Assembly (NCBI GenBank): GCA_046338875.1
Contig: JBKDVK010000029.1
Location: 1-59,257 of the forward strand
DNA: 59,257 bases
Direction of reading: 5' to 3'
Source: Cyanobacteriota bacterium
Lineage (GTDB): Bacteria > Cyanobacteriota > Cyanobacteriia > PCC-6307 > Cyanobiaceae
Shown here: one piece after another, positions 30,230 to 41,249 of the stretch
Numbering within the stretch: position 1 is the first letter of the stretch
Layout of the letters: each line of letters starts with the position of its first letter
Translations under genes and position numbers: made by a program
The notes under the pieces: generated by a model
Databases searched by the model: none
Seen by the model: the letters and a program-made list of their open reading frames with translations, nothing else
What the model was told of the DNA's origin: nothing

Positions 30230-31165
30230 TTGGCGCAACCTCCTGCGACGGACCGGCATGACGCCGCCCCAGCCGCCCCCGCCCGGGAAGTGATCGGCGT
30301 GGACCTGGGCGGCACCGCCATCAAGTTGGGCCGGTTTGATCAGCAAGGCCAGTTGCTGGCGGCCCTGGAGGTGCCGACACCCCAGCCAGCGGTCCCTGGA
30401 GCCACCTGCGTGGCGATCGTCGAGGCCGTGGCCCAGCTCGATCCTGAAGGTCGTGCCGACCGGGTCGGCATCGGCCTGCCGGGCCCCACCGACCACCAGG
30501 GGCGGGTGGCACGGATCGCGATCAACCTGGAGGGCTGGCGCGAGGTGCCCCTGGCCGAATGGCTCGAACCCCAGTTGCAGCGCCCCGTGACCCTGGCCAA
30601 TGACGCCAATTGCGCCCTCGTCGGTGAGGCCTGGCAGGGGGCGGCCCAAGGCCATGACGATGTGCTGCTGCTCACCCTGGGGACCGGGGTCGGGGGGGCC
30701 GTGCTGCTGGCAGGCCGCTTGTTTCTGGGTCACCGTGGCGCCGCCGCTGAACCGGGACTGATCTGCGTCAATCCCGAGGGGCCCCCCTGCCGCAGCGGCA
30801 ACCGGGGCTCCTTGGAGCAGTACTGCAGCATTGGCGGTCTGGGCCGACTGAGCCCGCTGTCGCCCCGGGAACTGGAACGCCGGGCGGCGGCGGGTGATGC
30901 CGAAGCCCTGGCCGTATGGGCGGCCTACGGGCGCTGGCTGGGGGTTGGCCTCAGCTCATTGCTGTATGTACTGACACCGGAGCTGGTGCTGATCGGCGGT
31001 GGCCTCAGCGGGGCCAGCGAGCACTTCCTGCCGGCCGTTTGGCAGGAAGTGGAACAACGGGTGCTGGAGGTCAGCCGCGAGGGGCTGGCCATCCGCCGCT
31101 GCGCCCTGGGCAATGGGGCCGGCCGGCTGGGGGCCGCTCGCCTGGCCCTGCAGCGCCTGGGCTGA
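30230..31165 (+). CDS. ROK family sugar kinase
   Basis: IGVDLGGT, NDANCA..GE, LTLGTGVGG and CRSGNRGSLE. Start uncertain. Confidence 0.9.
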   Translation: MAQPPATDRHDAAPAAPAREVIGVDLGGTAIKLGRFDQQGQLLAALEVPTPQPAVPGATCVAIVEAVAQLDPEGRADRVGIGLPGPTDHQGRVARIAINLEGWREVPLAEWLEPQLQRPVTLANDANCALVGEAWQGAAQGHDDVLLLTLGTGVGGAVLLAGRLFLGHRGAAAEPGLICVNPEGPPCRSGNRGSLEQYCSIGGLGRLSPLSPRELERRAAAGDAEALAVWAAYGRWLGVGLSSLLYVLTPELVLIGGGLSGASEHFLPAVWQEVEQRVLEVSREGLAIRRCALGNGAGRLGAARLALQRLG

Positions 31166-31189
31166 CCCATCGCTTGGGATGATGGAACG

Positions 31190-32527
31190 ATGCTGACCTC
31201 CCCCCCGATCGACGCTTCGGCCTCGACGCCGCCCGATCCAAGCCCGGAGCTGCTGGCTCGGGCCGCGGCCGTCAGGCTTGCCGCCATGGAGCTGGGTCGC
31301 AAGGCCGACAGCGAACGGCAAGAGGCCCTGGTGGCCATGGCCGACGCGCTGCAGCGCCATAGCGAAGCGATTTTGGCCGCCAACAGGGCCGACCTGGAAA
31401 GGGCCGCCGCCGAGGGCCTGGCGCCAACGCTGCTGGCCCGACTGAAACTGGATGGGGCCAAACTGGCTGGGGCCATTGCGGCAGTGCGCCAGGTGGCGGG
31501 CCTGGCCGATCCGGTCGGTCGCCGTCAGTTGCATCGCGAACTGGCTGCGGGACTGGTTCTGGAGCGGATCTCGGTGCCCCTGGGGGTGGTGGGGGTGATT
31601 TTTGAGGCGCGACCCGATGCGGTGATCCAGATCGCGGCCCTGGCGATCCGCTCCGGCAATGGGGCCCTGCTCAAGGGCGGCCGGGAGGCGGCCGGCAGCG
31701 CCGAGGCGATCCTGGCCGCGATCAAGGAGGGCCTGGCGGCCAGTGGTGTGTCCCCCGCCAGCCTGGAGATGCTGACCAGTCGCCAGGAAAGCCTGGCGAT
31801 GTTGAAACTGGACGGCCTGGTGGACCTGATCATTCCGCGCGGCTCCAATGCCCTGGTGCGTTACATCCAGGACCACACCCGCATTCCGGTGCTGGGCCAC
31901 GCCGCCGGCCTCTGCCACCTCTATGTGGATGCGGCCGCCGATGGCCAGCAAGCCCTGCGCCTGGCGCTGGACAGCAAAACCCAGTATCCAGCGGCCTGCA
32001 ATGCCATCGAGACCCTGCTGGTGCATCAGAGCATCGCCGCCAGCTTTGTGCCGGCAGCCATCGCCATGTTCACCGCAGCCGGCGTCGAACTGCGCGGAGA
32101 TGGGGCCGCCTGCTCCCTTGGGGTGCCGCTGGCGGCCAGCGAAGCGGATTGGGGCACCGAATATGCCGACCTGATCCTCAACATCAAGGTTGTCGCCGAC
32201 CTGGACGCCGCCCTCGCCCATATCGCCCGCTACGGCTCCCGCCACACCGACGCCATCTGCACCAACGACGAGACTGCGGCCGAGCGCTTCTTGAAAGCGG
32301 TGGACAGCGCCGGCGTTTACTGGAACTGCTCCACCCGTTTCGCCGATGGCAACCGCTACGGCTTTGGCGCCGAGGTGGGGATCAGCACCCAGACCCTGCC
32401 GCCGCGAGGCCCGGTGGGCCTGGAGGGTCTGGTCACCTACCGCTACCTGCTGCGCGGCGATGGCCATATCGCCGCGGATTACGCCAGCGGAGCCAGCCTG
32501 TTCACCCACCGGGATTTGCCGCTTTAG
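31190..32527 (+). CDS. proA: Gamma-glutamyl phosphate reductase
   Basis: [28 protein letters not shown] and [18 protein letters not shown]. Confidence 0.96.
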   Translation: MLTSPPIDASASTPPDPSPELLARAAAVRLAAMELGRKADSERQEALVAMADALQRHSEAILAANRADLERAAAEGLAPTLLARLKLDGAKLAGAIAAVRQVAGLADPVGRRQLHRELAAGLVLERISVPLGVVGVIFEARPDAVIQIAALAIRSGNGALLKGGREAAGSAEAILAAIKEGLAASGVSPASLEMLTSRQESLAMLKLDGLVDLIIPRGSNALVRYIQDHTRIPVLGHAAGLCHLYVDAAADGQQALRLALDSKTQYPAACNAIETLLVHQSIAASFVPAAIAMFTAAGVELRGDGAACSLGVPLAASEADWGTEYADLILNIKVVADLDAALAHIARYGSRHTDAICTNDETAAERFLKAVDSAGVYWNCSTRFADGNRYGFGAEVGISTQTLPPRGPVGLEGLVTYRYLLRGDGHIAADYASGASLFTHRDLPL

Positions 32528-33504
32528 ATCAAGCCGATGAGTTGCGGCTGATTAACCACATGGCGGGGCCGGCCGGCCAGAATCGCCTCAACATTGGCGG
32601 CCACCTCGGCAATCAGCCGCTGCCGGGCCGCCTTGGTGGCCCAGGCGATGTGGGGGGTGATCACGCAGTTCGGGGCCTGCAGCAGGGGGTTGGTGGCCTC
32701 GGGGGGCTCCAGGGTCAACACATCCAGTCCGGCGCCGCCCAGACGGCCCTGATGCAGGGCCGCCGCCAGGTCGGTTTCGTTGATCAGGGCGCCGCGGCCG
32801 GTGTTGATCAGCAGGGCCGTAGGTTTCATCAAGGCCAACCGCTCGGCATTGATCAGCTGGCGGGTCTCGCTGGTCAGCGGGCAGTGCAGGCTGACCACAT
32901 CGCTGTTGGCCAACAGGGCAGCCAGATCGGTGCGGTCCGGCCCCGGGGTGCGGCGATGAACCAGGACCTCCATCCCGAAGGCGGCGGCGATGCGCGCCAC
33001 CGCTGCCCCGATCCGCCCCATTCCCACCACGCCAAGGGTCTGGCCGGCCAATTCCTGCAGCTGGCCCTCCCAGTAGCAGAAATCGGCGGCGGCACTCCAC
33101 CGCCCCTGGTGCACGCCGGTGTTGTGGCTGCCGGTGCGGTTGGTCAGCTCCAGGATGAGGGCAAACACGGCCTGGGCCACGGAGGCCGTGGCGTACTCGG
33201 GCACATTGCAGAGGGGCAGACCCCGGGCCGCCGCCGCCACCCCGTCCACCACGTCATAGCCAGTGGACAACATCACCACCCCATTGAGGTGGGGGGCTGC
33301 GGCGAACTCAGCCTCCCCCAGAGGGGTTTTATTGGTGATTACCACCGTGGCTGCGGCCAAGCGTTCGGCGACGAGGGATGCTGGCGTGCGGGGAAAGACC
33401 TGGAGGGCACCGAGGCGCTCCAAGGGTTCCCAGGAGAGGTCCCCTGGGTTGGTGGTGTGGCCATCAAGCACAACCAAGCCGGGTGAGCCGGTTGGGGTGC
33501 TCAC
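32524..33504 (-). CDS. D-2-hydroxyacid dehydrogenase (glycerate dehydrogenase/HprA-like)
   Basis: LDG..NPGDLSW, GMGRIG, SLHCPLT, INTGRG and TPHIAWA. Confidence 0.9.
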   Translation of the reverse strand: MSTPTGSPGLVVLDGHTTNPGDLSWEPLERLGALQVFPRTPASLVAERLAAATVVITNKTPLGEAEFAAAPHLNGVVMLSTGYDVVDGVAAAARGLPLCNVPEYATASVAQAVFALILELTNRTGSHNTGVHQGRWSAAADFCYWEGQLQELAGQTLGVVGMGRIGAAVARIAAAFGMEVLVHRRTPGPDRTDLAALLANSDVVSLHCPLTSETRQLINAERLALMKPTALLINTGRGALINETDLAAALHQGRLGGAGLDVLTLEPPEATNPLLQAPNCVITPHIAWATKAARQRLIAEVAANVEAILAGRPRHVVNQPQLIGLI

Positions 33505-33836
33505 CGCTGGCCACCACGCCGAGGCAGTTCGGGCCGCTCAATGTCCCGGTCGCGGCGGAAGAGGCCATCCAGGTAGTGGCGGGCGACAGCGCGGTCCTCG
33601 CAACCGTGCTGGAAGAGAAAACCCGCCAGGGCCGCCTGCATCAGTCGGTACTGATCCCACTGGGGGTGGAGGGAGATGAACTCGCGCATCGCCATGAAGA
33701 GATCTTCCGGCATTTGGTTCTCGATGCTCACCGTGCAGGGGGCGTGATCGGGAATCTGGGTCATACGGCTCACTTCGAGGACGACCCCATCAGGCCACGG
33801 CAAGGCCCCAGCCGTCAAAGCGCTCCGATCAACCAA
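33501..33836 (-). CDS. DUF2811 family protein
   Basis: PEDLF.AMREFI..HPQWDQYRLMQAALAGFLFQHG. Start uncertain. Confidence 0.8.
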   Translation of the reverse strand: MVDRSALTAGALPWPDGVVLEVSRMTQIPDHAPCTVSIENQMPEDLFMAMREFISLHPQWDQYRLMQAALAGFLFQHGCEDRAVARHYLDGLFRRDRDIERPELPRRGGQR

Positions 33837-34148
33837 AGTCTCATGCGTCTCAACCCTGGAAGGGGTGGAAAACGTCTGGCCGCAGACGGGCCAATTTTGC
33901 AGCGGAACAACGGAGGAATACCCCAGGGATCGTCAAGGGGGAGAGGGGTTTCCCACAGAACCAATCTTGGTGGTCAGCCAGGGCAGCCAAGCAGGCATCA
34001 ACCGCTGGGGAAAACCCTGGGGAGGGATGGGGAAAGCACCAGCCCAAGGCTGGAAAAGTTCAAGCCTCAGGATTCGTGATCAATGGCCTGGCGCAGAGAA
34101 GACCTCCGTATCTCTGCCACGGAGGTCTTGACGGCCAGGCCGAACGGA

Positions 34149-34514
34149 TCACTCCTCGTCTTCACCACCTGCGGGAACAAGACGAATCTGCTTGCGTCCC
34201 AACTTGATCTCGAACTCATCACCGGGATTGAGGTCCAGAAGGGCCGTGTAGGCCTTACCCACCAACAGGTTGCCGTTGCCTTGAACAGTGGCCACATAGC
34301 TGAGCTTGCGCCCCCCCTTGCCTATACCCTTGCCGCTGTTGTCGCCAAGGCTGAGACCTTTGGCCTCCAAGAGGGCTTCATAGAAGGCGGTGAAGTTCAG
34401 GCGCTCCGAACCATCCTTCTTGGTGCTCACATAGCCGCAGCTGCGCACCAAGTCGGATTTGGATGCATCGCCGAGTTCCTTGACTTTGGACAGGAGATCG
34501 GGGCCGGTCAACAT
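34149..34514 (-). CDS. cyAbrB-like transcriptional regulator
   Basis: LTG.DLL.KVKEL, CGY, NFTAFYEALLEAKG, GRKLSY..VQGNGNLLVGKAYT and GDEFEIKLGRKQIRL. Confidence 0.92.
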   Translation of the reverse strand: MLTGPDLLSKVKELGDASKSDLVRSCGYVSTKKDGSERLNFTAFYEALLEAKGLSLGDNSGKGIGKGGRKLSYVATVQGNGNLLVGKAYTALLDLNPGDEFEIKLGRKQIRLVPAGGEDEE

Positions 34515-34707
34515 GATGCGTGGCAGCAATTGAGGTTCAATTTACCCTAACGCCCCGAGTCCCTAAAGCAAGTGTGTAATCAGCACCAGATGACATCAAT
34601 TGCATCAGGGTCGCCCTTCGCTTCTTGGGCCTGCATTGCATCGGCGCCCTGCTCTTGCCCAGGCCACTGCGATGCAATAAATGCATTTTTTGGCTGCCCC
34701 GATGGCC

Positions 34708-35976
34708 TCAGGCCAGGGATAAACGCAGCCGGTTCAAGGCCTCACCCACACTCAGCGCTTGAATCCAGGCCCGTGGTCGGCTGCTGCCAAAACGCACCGC
34801 CTCACTGCGGCAGGAGGCCGGCCCGGCCACGGCGATATGCACCAGACCCACCGGCTTCTGGTCACTGCCACCCCCCGGCCCCGCCACCCCGGTGATCGCC
34901 AGGGCCCAATCACTACCGGTGACACGCCGGGCCCCCAAGGCCATCGCCTCCGCCACTGGATCACTAACAGCCCCCCAGCGTTCCAGCTCCAGCGGATCAA
35001 CCCCCAGCAGGCCCTGCTTCACCGCATTGGCATAGGCGATCACACCGCCCAGAAACACATCGGAGGCACCGGGCACCGCCGTCAAGGCTGCCCCCAATCC
35101 GCCGCCGCTGCATGATTCAGCCACCGCCAAAGTTTCGCCCCGCTGGCGCAGCTTCTCGATCACCACCGAAGCCAGGCTGTCCCCATCGATGCCGTAACAA
35201 CTCTGGCCACTGCGCCGCCTCAGTTCGGCCTCCAGTGGTGCCAGCAAAGCGGCGGCCGAGTCTTCATCTTTGGCCCGGGCCGTCATACGCAACTTCACCT
35301 CCCCCAGACCCGCATAGGGGGCCAGGGTGGGGTTGTCCTGGGCGAGCAGGTCACTCACCTGTTCGGCCAGGGCCGATTCACTGACCCCCCAAAAGCGCAA
35401 CAGGCGGCTGGCGAAGACCCCCTCGGCCACTCCGGCCTGCCGCAACCAGGGCTCCGCCGTGGCCAGCCACATCGCCTTCAGTTCCGACGGCACCCCCGGA
35501 AAGGTGAGCACGGTGAAGCCCGCCACGGGACTCCAGATCATCCCGGGGGCCGTGCCGGTGGGATTGGGCAGCACCTGGGCTCCCTCGGGCAGCCAGGCTT
35601 GACGGCGGTTACTGGCGGCCAGGGGGCGACCCCGACCTGCCAACCGTGCCTGGATCAACTCCCACACCTCAGGCCGCTCCTGGAGGGGGGTATCAAAAGC
35701 GGCGGCGATCGCCTCGGTAGTCAGATCGTCGGGGGTCGGACCCAGGCCGCCGCTGGTGATCAGCACACGAGAGCGTTGGCTAGCGGCCCGCACCGCCGTG
35801 ATCACCCGTTCCCGGTTGTCGCCGACCACCTCCTGGCGAAAATGCGGAACCCCCAGGGCCGCCAGCCGCTCGGCGAGCCAGCGGGCATTGCTGTTGAGAA
35901 TGTTGCCGAGCAACAACTCGGTGCCGATGCAAAGCAGCTCGGCCCCCTGCCGGGGGTCTGGGGCTGGGTTGGTCAT
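34708..35976 (-). CDS. cinA: Competence/damage-inducible protein CinA (NMN deamidase PncC domain)
   Basis: [32 protein letters not shown] and TGVAGPGG. Confidence 0.94.
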   Translation of the reverse strand: MTNPAPDPRQGAELLCIGTELLLGNILNSNARWLAERLAALGVPHFRQEVVGDNRERVITAVRAASQRSRVLITSGGLGPTPDDLTTEAIAAAFDTPLQERPEVWELIQARLAGRGRPLAASNRRQAWLPEGAQVLPNPTGTAPGMIWSPVAGFTVLTFPGVPSELKAMWLATAEPWLRQAGVAEGVFASRLLRFWGVSESALAEQVSDLLAQDNPTLAPYAGLGEVKLRMTARAKDEDSAAALLAPLEAELRRRSGQSCYGIDGDSLASVVIEKLRQRGETLAVAESCSGGGLGAALTAVPGASDVFLGGVIAYANAVKQGLLGVDPLELERWGAVSDPVAEAMALGARRVTGSDWALAITGVAGPGGGSDQKPVGLVHIAVAGPASCRSEAVRFGSSRPRAWIQALSVGEALNRLRLSLA

Positions 35977-37055
35977 CAAAAGTCTTGGGCCAGGCTGCGG
36001 CGGGTGAGCACCAAGGCGCCGATCAAGACGGCGGTGGCGAGCCCCAGCCAAAGAAAACGCAACTCGGCATTGGCCACCACCAGCGCCAGGGAGGCCAGCC
36101 ACTGGGTGAAGGCGTAAATCAAAAGCACCGTATGCCGCTGGCTCAGGCCGCTGCGCAACAGGCGGTGATGGAGATGGCGGCGATCGGGATAAAAGGGTGA
36201 GCGGCCCTCCCGCAGACGCCCCATGATCACCGCCGACATGTCGGCCAGCGGCAGCGACAGAATCAACAGGGGTAGCAGCAAGCTGACGCTGGTGAGGGCT
36301 TTGGCCGGGCCGACGATGCTGATTGAAGCCAGGGCGAAGCCGAGGAAATAGGACCCCCCATCTCCCATGAAGATCTTGGCGGGATTGAAGTTATGGCGCA
36401 GAAAGCCCAGGCAGGCACCCGCCAGGGCGGCCCCCAACAAGCCAGGGGCGCTTTGATTCAGGCTGTAGCTCACCGAAAGCAAGGCCACGGCGGCGATGCC
36501 ACTGACACCAGCGGCCAGGCCATCGAGCCCATCAAGCCAATTGATGGCATTGGTGATGCCCACCAGCCAAAACACCGTGGCCACAAGGCTGATCCAGGGG
36601 GGGAGGGTGACTACCGCCCCGGTACCCAAAAAAGTGGAGGGCAGATCGATGCTGCCAATGCGCACCCCCTGGCTCCAGACCGCCATGGCTACGGCCACCT
36701 GGCCCACCAACCGCGGCAGCGGAGGCAGGGCAAAGAGGTCATCCGCCAGGCCAATCACAAAGAAGCAGAGCGAGCCGGCCAGGGTCGTCCAGATCAACTG
36801 ATCCTTATCGGGGGCCAATCCCGCAAAGCCCCCCCAGGCCCAGGTCAGGGCCAACGCCAGGCTGAAGCCGGCCACAATGCCCACTCCCCCCAGCCGCACG
36901 ATCGGGCGCTGGTGGTGCTTGCGGGCGTCCGGGGCATCTACAACGCCCCAGTGCAGTCCCGCCCGGCGCACCAGGGGCACGATCACGGCGGTGAGCAGGG
37001 CGGCCAGCAGCGCCGTCAGCAGGGCGGCCGCATTGGGGCTTTGGGCAAGATTCAC
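35976..37055 (-). CDS. MraY/WecA-like glycosyltransferase family 4 (undecaprenyl-phosphate GlcNAc-1-P transferase)
   Basis: [32 protein letters not shown] and DRRHLHHRL. Confidence 0.92.
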   Translation of the reverse strand: MNLAQSPNAAALLTALLAALLTAVIVPLVRRAGLHWGVVDAPDARKHHQRPIVRLGGVGIVAGFSLALALTWAWGGFAGLAPDKDQLIWTTLAGSLCFFVIGLADDLFALPPLPRLVGQVAVAMAVWSQGVRIGSIDLPSTFLGTGAVVTLPPWISLVATVFWLVGITNAINWLDGLDGLAAGVSGIAAVALLSVSYSLNQSAPGLLGAALAGACLGFLRHNFNPAKIFMGDGGSYFLGFALASISIVGPAKALTSVSLLLPLLILSLPLADMSAVIMGRLREGRSPFYPDRRHLHHRLLRSGLSQRHTVLLIYAFTQWLASLALVVANAELRFLWLGLATAVLIGALVLTRRSLAQDF

Positions 37056-37111
37056 GGCAAGAGACGGGCCGCCATCAGGCCGAGAAGACGGTAAGGGGTT
37101 TGGACCCGTTC

Positions 37112-38392
37112 TCAGGCGGGCTGCAAGGCACGGGCGGGAGCATAAAGGGGAAAACGGGTGCAAAGGACATCAACCCGATCCCGGCAGCGCTGGGCCACGG
37201 CACCATCATCTGGGAACAGGAGCCGGTCGGCAATGATGTCCGCCACCTCAATGAAGGCGGCGCCATCGAAGCCACGGGTCGTCATGGCGGCGCTGCCCAA
37301 TCTCAGGCCACTGGTGACAAAAGGAGACTCGGGATCGAAGGGAATCGTGTTCTTGTTGGCGGTGATGTTGATCTCACTGACCAGGGCGTCAGCCACCTTG
37401 CCCGTCAACCCAATCGAACGCAGATCGAGAAGCACGATGTGATTGTCGGTGCCGCCACTGACCACGCCAATGCCCCGCTCCTGTAATCGGCCAGCCAGGG
37501 CTTGGGCATTGGCGACGACCCGCTGGCTGTAGTCGACAAACGCAGGTTGGAGGGCTTCACCGAAAGCCACGGCCTTGGCGGCGATGACGTGTTCCAAGGG
37601 GCCGCCCTGGGTGCCGGGGAAAACGGCCTTGTCGAAGCGTTTGCCGAATTCAGCATCGCCGCTGAGGATCAGTCCGCCCCGCGGGCCCCGCAGGGTCTTG
37701 TGGGTGGTGGTGGTGACCACATGGCAGTGGGGAATGGGGTTTGGATGGACACCGGCAGCCACCAGACCGGCGATGTGGGCCATGTCCGCCAACAGATAGG
37801 CCCCCACCTCATCGGCAATGGCCCGGAAGGCGGCAAAGTCGATGATGCGGGGATAGGCGGAATATCCGCAAATTATTAGTTTGGGCCGGTGCTCCAGGGC
37901 CAGTTGACGAATCGTGTCGAAATTCAGCCGGTGGGTCTCGGGATCAACGCCGTAGTGGAAAGCCTTGAACCATTTGCCACTGAAATTGACCGGCGATCCA
38001 TGGGTGAGATGGCCGCCATGGGAAAGGTCCATGCCCAGGATCGTGTCGCCGGGCTGGAGCAGGGCCAGAAATACCGCAAAGTTGGCCTGGGCCCCACTGT
38101 GGGGCTGGACGTTGGCCCAAGCCGCACCAAACAGTTGACGGGCACGGTCGATGGCCAGGGCCTCAATACCATCGACGTACTCACAGCCCCCGTAATAGCG
38201 CTTGCCAGGCAGACCTTCGGCATATTTATTGGTGAGCACCGAGCCCTGGGCTTCCATGACGGCCCGGGAGGCGAAATTCTCGCTGGCGATCAGCTCAAGA
38301 TGACTCTGCTGCCGATTCAGCTCAGCGGCGATCAGGTCGGAAACGGCCGGATCGCCGGTGGCCAAAGGATTATCGATCGAGGCAGCGACCAT
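37112..38392 (-). CDS. glyA: Serine hydroxymethyltransferase
   Basis: LIASENF, NKYAEG, GGHLTHG and the [17 protein letters not shown] motif. Confidence 0.98.
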   Translation of the reverse strand: MVAASIDNPLATGDPAVSDLIAAELNRQQSHLELIASENFASRAVMEAQGSVLTNKYAEGLPGKRYYGGCEYVDGIEALAIDRARQLFGAAWANVQPHSGAQANFAVFLALLQPGDTILGMDLSHGGHLTHGSPVNFSGKWFKAFHYGVDPETHRLNFDTIRQLALEHRPKLIICGYSAYPRIIDFAAFRAIADEVGAYLLADMAHIAGLVAAGVHPNPIPHCHVVTTTTHKTLRGPRGGLILSGDAEFGKRFDKAVFPGTQGGPLEHVIAAKAVAFGEALQPAFVDYSQRVVANAQALAGRLQERGIGVVSGGTDNHIVLLDLRSIGLTGKVADALVSEINITANKNTIPFDPESPFVTSGLRLGSAAMTTRGFDGAAFIEVADIIADRLLFPDDGAVAQRCRDRVDVLCTRFPLYAPARALQPA

Positions 38393-38534
38393 GGAAATGA
38401 GGTTCGATCAGCGGACGGGCAATGCGATCAAGGGGCAGGGAGCGGTTCCCGAAGGGCGGACCCTTTGCCTGACGCATACCAAGATCGTAGGCGGCTCACG
38501 CGAGAAGGGGAATGGAATCAACACGGGGCTGAGC

Positions 38535-38560
38535 AAAAAAAAATCGCCCCGAAGGGCGAC
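38535..38560 (-). terminator. Rho-independent terminator after tRNA-Arg
   Basis: Minus strand reads TCGCCC-TTCG-GGGCGA followed by a T9 run. Confidence 0.85.
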
Positions 38561-38572
38561 CATCAAGAACAA

Positions 38573-38646
38573 CGCGCCTGGAGAGATTCGAACTCCCGAC
38601 CCTCTGATCCGTAGTCAGATGCTCTAATCCGCTGAGCTACAAGCGC
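38573..38646 (-). tRNA. trnR: tRNA-Arg(ACG)
   Basis: Minus strand GCGCTTGTAGCTCAGCGGATTAGAGCATCTGACTACGGATCAGAGGGTCGGGAGTTCGAATCTCTCCAGGCGCG folds as a cloverleaf with anticodon ACG. CCA is not encoded. Confidence 0.97.
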
Positions 38647-38715
38647 CTGCCCCCACATTCTCACCTCACAGGGGGCCCATCCGTCAACCGCCCGTCCCTT
38701 TCTGCCGACGCCACC

Positions 38716-38955
38716 ATGCCCATTCGCTGGTACGGACCCGCCGATCCGACCGACCCCACCTATCGGCACTTCGCCCGCATCGTCAATCTCACCTTGCATG
38801 CGGCCCTGTTTGCGGCGATCAACAGCGGCCTCTGGTTCATACAAGAACTGCGGCACCCCTGGTCCCATCTGGGCTGGCTCAGCCTCGCCTGGGCGGCGGT
38901 ACTCCTGGTGCATGGCAGCGTGGTGGTGGCGCTTCGACCCTCCCCTTCCCCATGA
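38716..38955 (+). CDS. Small conserved membrane protein (2TM-like)
   Basis: MPIRWYGPADPTDPTYRHFARIVN..LH...NSGLWF; two hydrophobic segments. Confidence 0.75.
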   Translation: MPIRWYGPADPTDPTYRHFARIVNLTLHAALFAAINSGLWFIQELRHPWSHLGWLSLAWAAVLLVHGSVVVALRPSPSP

Positions 38956-39239
38956 CACTGGCAGCCAGCGAACTCGACGAGCTCACCCGAGCGATTGCCG
39001 ATCGTCTTTACATCCAGGTGGGTGACTGGCATCTCTACCTAGGCGATGCCCACCTGGCCCAGGCCCTGGCGATCGAATGCGCCGGCCGACTGGATCAGGG
39101 CGCGGGGGTCTCGGCCCGCCAGGCGCTGGAGGCCGTTCAGGTGTCAATTGGCGGTGGCGCCACCCGCTTGCCCCTCTCCCGACTGGTGCCAGCCGGTCAG
39201 TTGCGGGACCTGGAAGACTTGCTCGAACCACTCTGTTGA
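38952..39239 (+). CDS. DUF3181 family protein
   Basis: IADRLYIQVGDWHLYLGDA and V.IGGG..RLPL. ATGA overlap. Confidence 0.8.
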   Translation: MTLAASELDELTRAIADRLYIQVGDWHLYLGDAHLAQALAIECAGRLDQGAGVSARQALEAVQVSIGGGATRLPLSRLVPAGQLRDLEDLLEPLC

Positions 39240-39307
39240 GGGCTCGGTTCGATCCGGCTGCCTCCCCCTGCTGGAGCACCGCTCGATAAGGTGGCTGCCT
39301 TCGCTCA

Positions 39308-39571
39308 GTGGCCGTGCTGATCATCGAGGTCACCAATGCCCGCGAGGTGGTCAGCAAGCGCATCGGCAAGCTGGGAGGCCGGCTGATCGGCAAGGTTGTA
39401 GACGCCGAAGCCCAGGTGGAGAAAGCTCTGATCCAGGAGCTGGAGACGGCCTTCCGCGATTACGGCATTGAGGCCCGCATCCTCTCGGTCGACGGGCCCC
39501 AGATCATTGGTCGTTGCCACCTGGAGCTGCCGATGCAGGTGCGTGAAGAGCGCCAGGTGCGGCTGCCCTGA
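39308..39571 (+). CDS. Conserved hypothetical protein
   Basis: VLIIEVTNAREVV..RIG.LG.RLIGKVVDAEAQVEKALIQEL; coding-like and fits the intergenic gap. Confidence 0.7.
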   Translation: MAVLIIEVTNAREVVSKRIGKLGGRLIGKVVDAEAQVEKALIQELETAFRDYGIEARILSVDGPQIIGRCHLELPMQVREERQVRLP

Positions 39572-39572
39572 T

Positions 39573-41177
39573 TCAGGCCGGGCGGCGCAGCACCAGACGC
39601 TTCAGCTCATGGATCTCGGGTACCCCAGCCAGGGTGGCCAGGGCAGCAAAAACAGCGATCGCCAGGCCCGCACTCAAGCCATTTTGGAGCAGCAGGCCGA
39701 CCAACCCCGGCGGCCAGCTCAGCCGATGGGCCAGGCCCCAGGCCACCAGACCGGCCAGCAGGGAAGCTCCCAGCAGCAAGGCGGTGTCCCTTCCCCAGCG
39801 GGCCAAGGGCAGTCCCCCCAACTGACGGGAGAGCACCAGCAGCAGCCCCAGACAGGTGATCACATTGACGGCGACCGTGGCCAGGACCAGGCCAGGGGCC
39901 CCGAAATTCCATTGGGGCAACTGAAGACCCCATGGGGTCGGCCCCCCCACCAGCAACCAGTCGAAGAGGGCATTGAGGCCGATGCCCCCAACCGACCAAC
40001 GGAAGGGCGTGTTGGCATCGCCAAGGGCATAGAACACCCGGACCAGCACATCACGGGCCAGGTAGGCCGGCATACCCAGGCCGTAGGCCATCAAAAGCCC
40101 TCCCACCAAAGCAGCGGCCTGGTTATCGAAGGCGCCCCTTTCGTAGACCAAGGCCACAAGCGGACCGGCCAACCCCACCATCAGGGCCCCAAGGGGCAAC
40201 ATGCTGGCGTTGGAGAGCATCAACCCCTGGCGGATGCGACTGACCAACTCGGGCCGATCGGCGGGCGCGGTGAGCCGGGAATAGACAGGCAACAGCGGCA
40301 CCAGCAGGGCATTGGAGAGCAAACCCAGGGGCGTCTGCACCAGGAGATTGGCGTAACCCAGGCCCGCCGCCGCTCCGGCGATGCCGGAGGCAAAGAAAAG
40401 ATCAACGAAGACATTGATCTGCAACATCCCGGAAGAGAGGGTGGCTGGCCCCATCACCGCCAGCACTTCGCGCACGCCTGGATCATGCCAATCCCAAAGC
40501 AGCCGCAGCCGACCGAGGCCCTCCTTGGCCATCGCCGGCAACTGAATCAGCCACTGCAGCAAGGCCCCCACCGTGGTCGATGCAGCCAAGACGATGCCGC
40601 CGTACAGGGCTGAAGAGGGCAGGGTGATGGCACTGCCCAACTGCCACCAAAGCAGGCCGATGCCGCCGATCACGGCCAGGCTGGACAACAGGGGACTGAC
40701 GGCGGGCAACCAGAAGACATCGGCGGCATTGAGGGCACCGAAACCAAGACCGATCAGGCCGGCAAACAGGGCCATCGGCGCCATCCAGCGCAGCTGGGCC
40801 ACCGCCAAAGCGTGGCGGGTGGCATCCATGCCGGGTCCCACCAGGGTGATCAGGGGATCCGCCGCAACGATCAACAGCAGCGTCACCACCACCAGAGCGG
40901 CACCCACCATGGTGTTGATGGCAGCCAGCACATGGGCCCCCTCCTGCCGGCTGCGGCGCGCCAGCACGCTGACCATGGCGCTGTGGAAAGGACCGTTGAT
41001 GCCCCCCAGCAGGATCAGCAGGAAACCAGGCAGAACGTAGGCGTAGTTGTAAGCGTCATAGGCGGCGCCGACCCCGAAAGCAGCGGCGATCACTTGCTGG
41101 CGCAACAGGCCTGCCACCTTGCTGAGGGCCGTGGCCAGCGCCACCACCAGGGCAATGCGTTTGAGCGACTTCGCCAT
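39573..41177 (-). CDS. murJ: Lipid II flippase MurJ (MviN)
   Basis: SKVAGLLRQ, YAYVLPGFLLILLGGINGPF, YERGAF and RVFYALGD. Confidence 0.94.
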   Translation of the reverse strand: MAKSLKRIALVVALATALSKVAGLLRQQVIAAAFGVGAAYDAYNYAYVLPGFLLILLGGINGPFHSAMVSVLARRSRQEGAHVLAAINTMVGAALVVVTLLLIVAADPLITLVGPGMDATRHALAVAQLRWMAPMALFAGLIGLGFGALNAADVFWLPAVSPLLSSLAVIGGIGLLWWQLGSAITLPSSALYGGIVLAASTTVGALLQWLIQLPAMAKEGLGRLRLLWDWHDPGVREVLAVMGPATLSSGMLQINVFVDLFFASGIAGAAAGLGYANLLVQTPLGLLSNALLVPLLPVYSRLTAPADRPELVSRIRQGLMLSNASMLPLGALMVGLAGPLVALVYERGAFDNQAAALVGGLLMAYGLGMPAYLARDVLVRVFYALGDANTPFRWSVGGIGLNALFDWLLVGGPTPWGLQLPQWNFGAPGLVLATVAVNVITCLGLLLVLSRQLGGLPLARWGRDTALLLGASLLAGLVAWGLAHRLSWPPGLVGLLLQNGLSAGLAIAVFAALATLAGVPEIHELKRLVLRRPA

Positions 41178-41249
41178 CGGCCGTCCGGGGACGAGGTCCC
41201 TTGCAATCGCCCGGCAGTATGACCCCCACACCTCCGGGTTCCTCGGCCG

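Noticed and set aside
38395-38480. GC-rich pairing upstream of glyA as a glycine/THF/ZTP riboswitch
   Set aside because: No consensus motifs of these riboswitches were recognised, and the region is short.
38573-38646. tRNA-Arg as an island integration site
   Set aside because: It is flanked by core genes and its own terminator. No duplicated tRNA 3' end or integrase was noticed.
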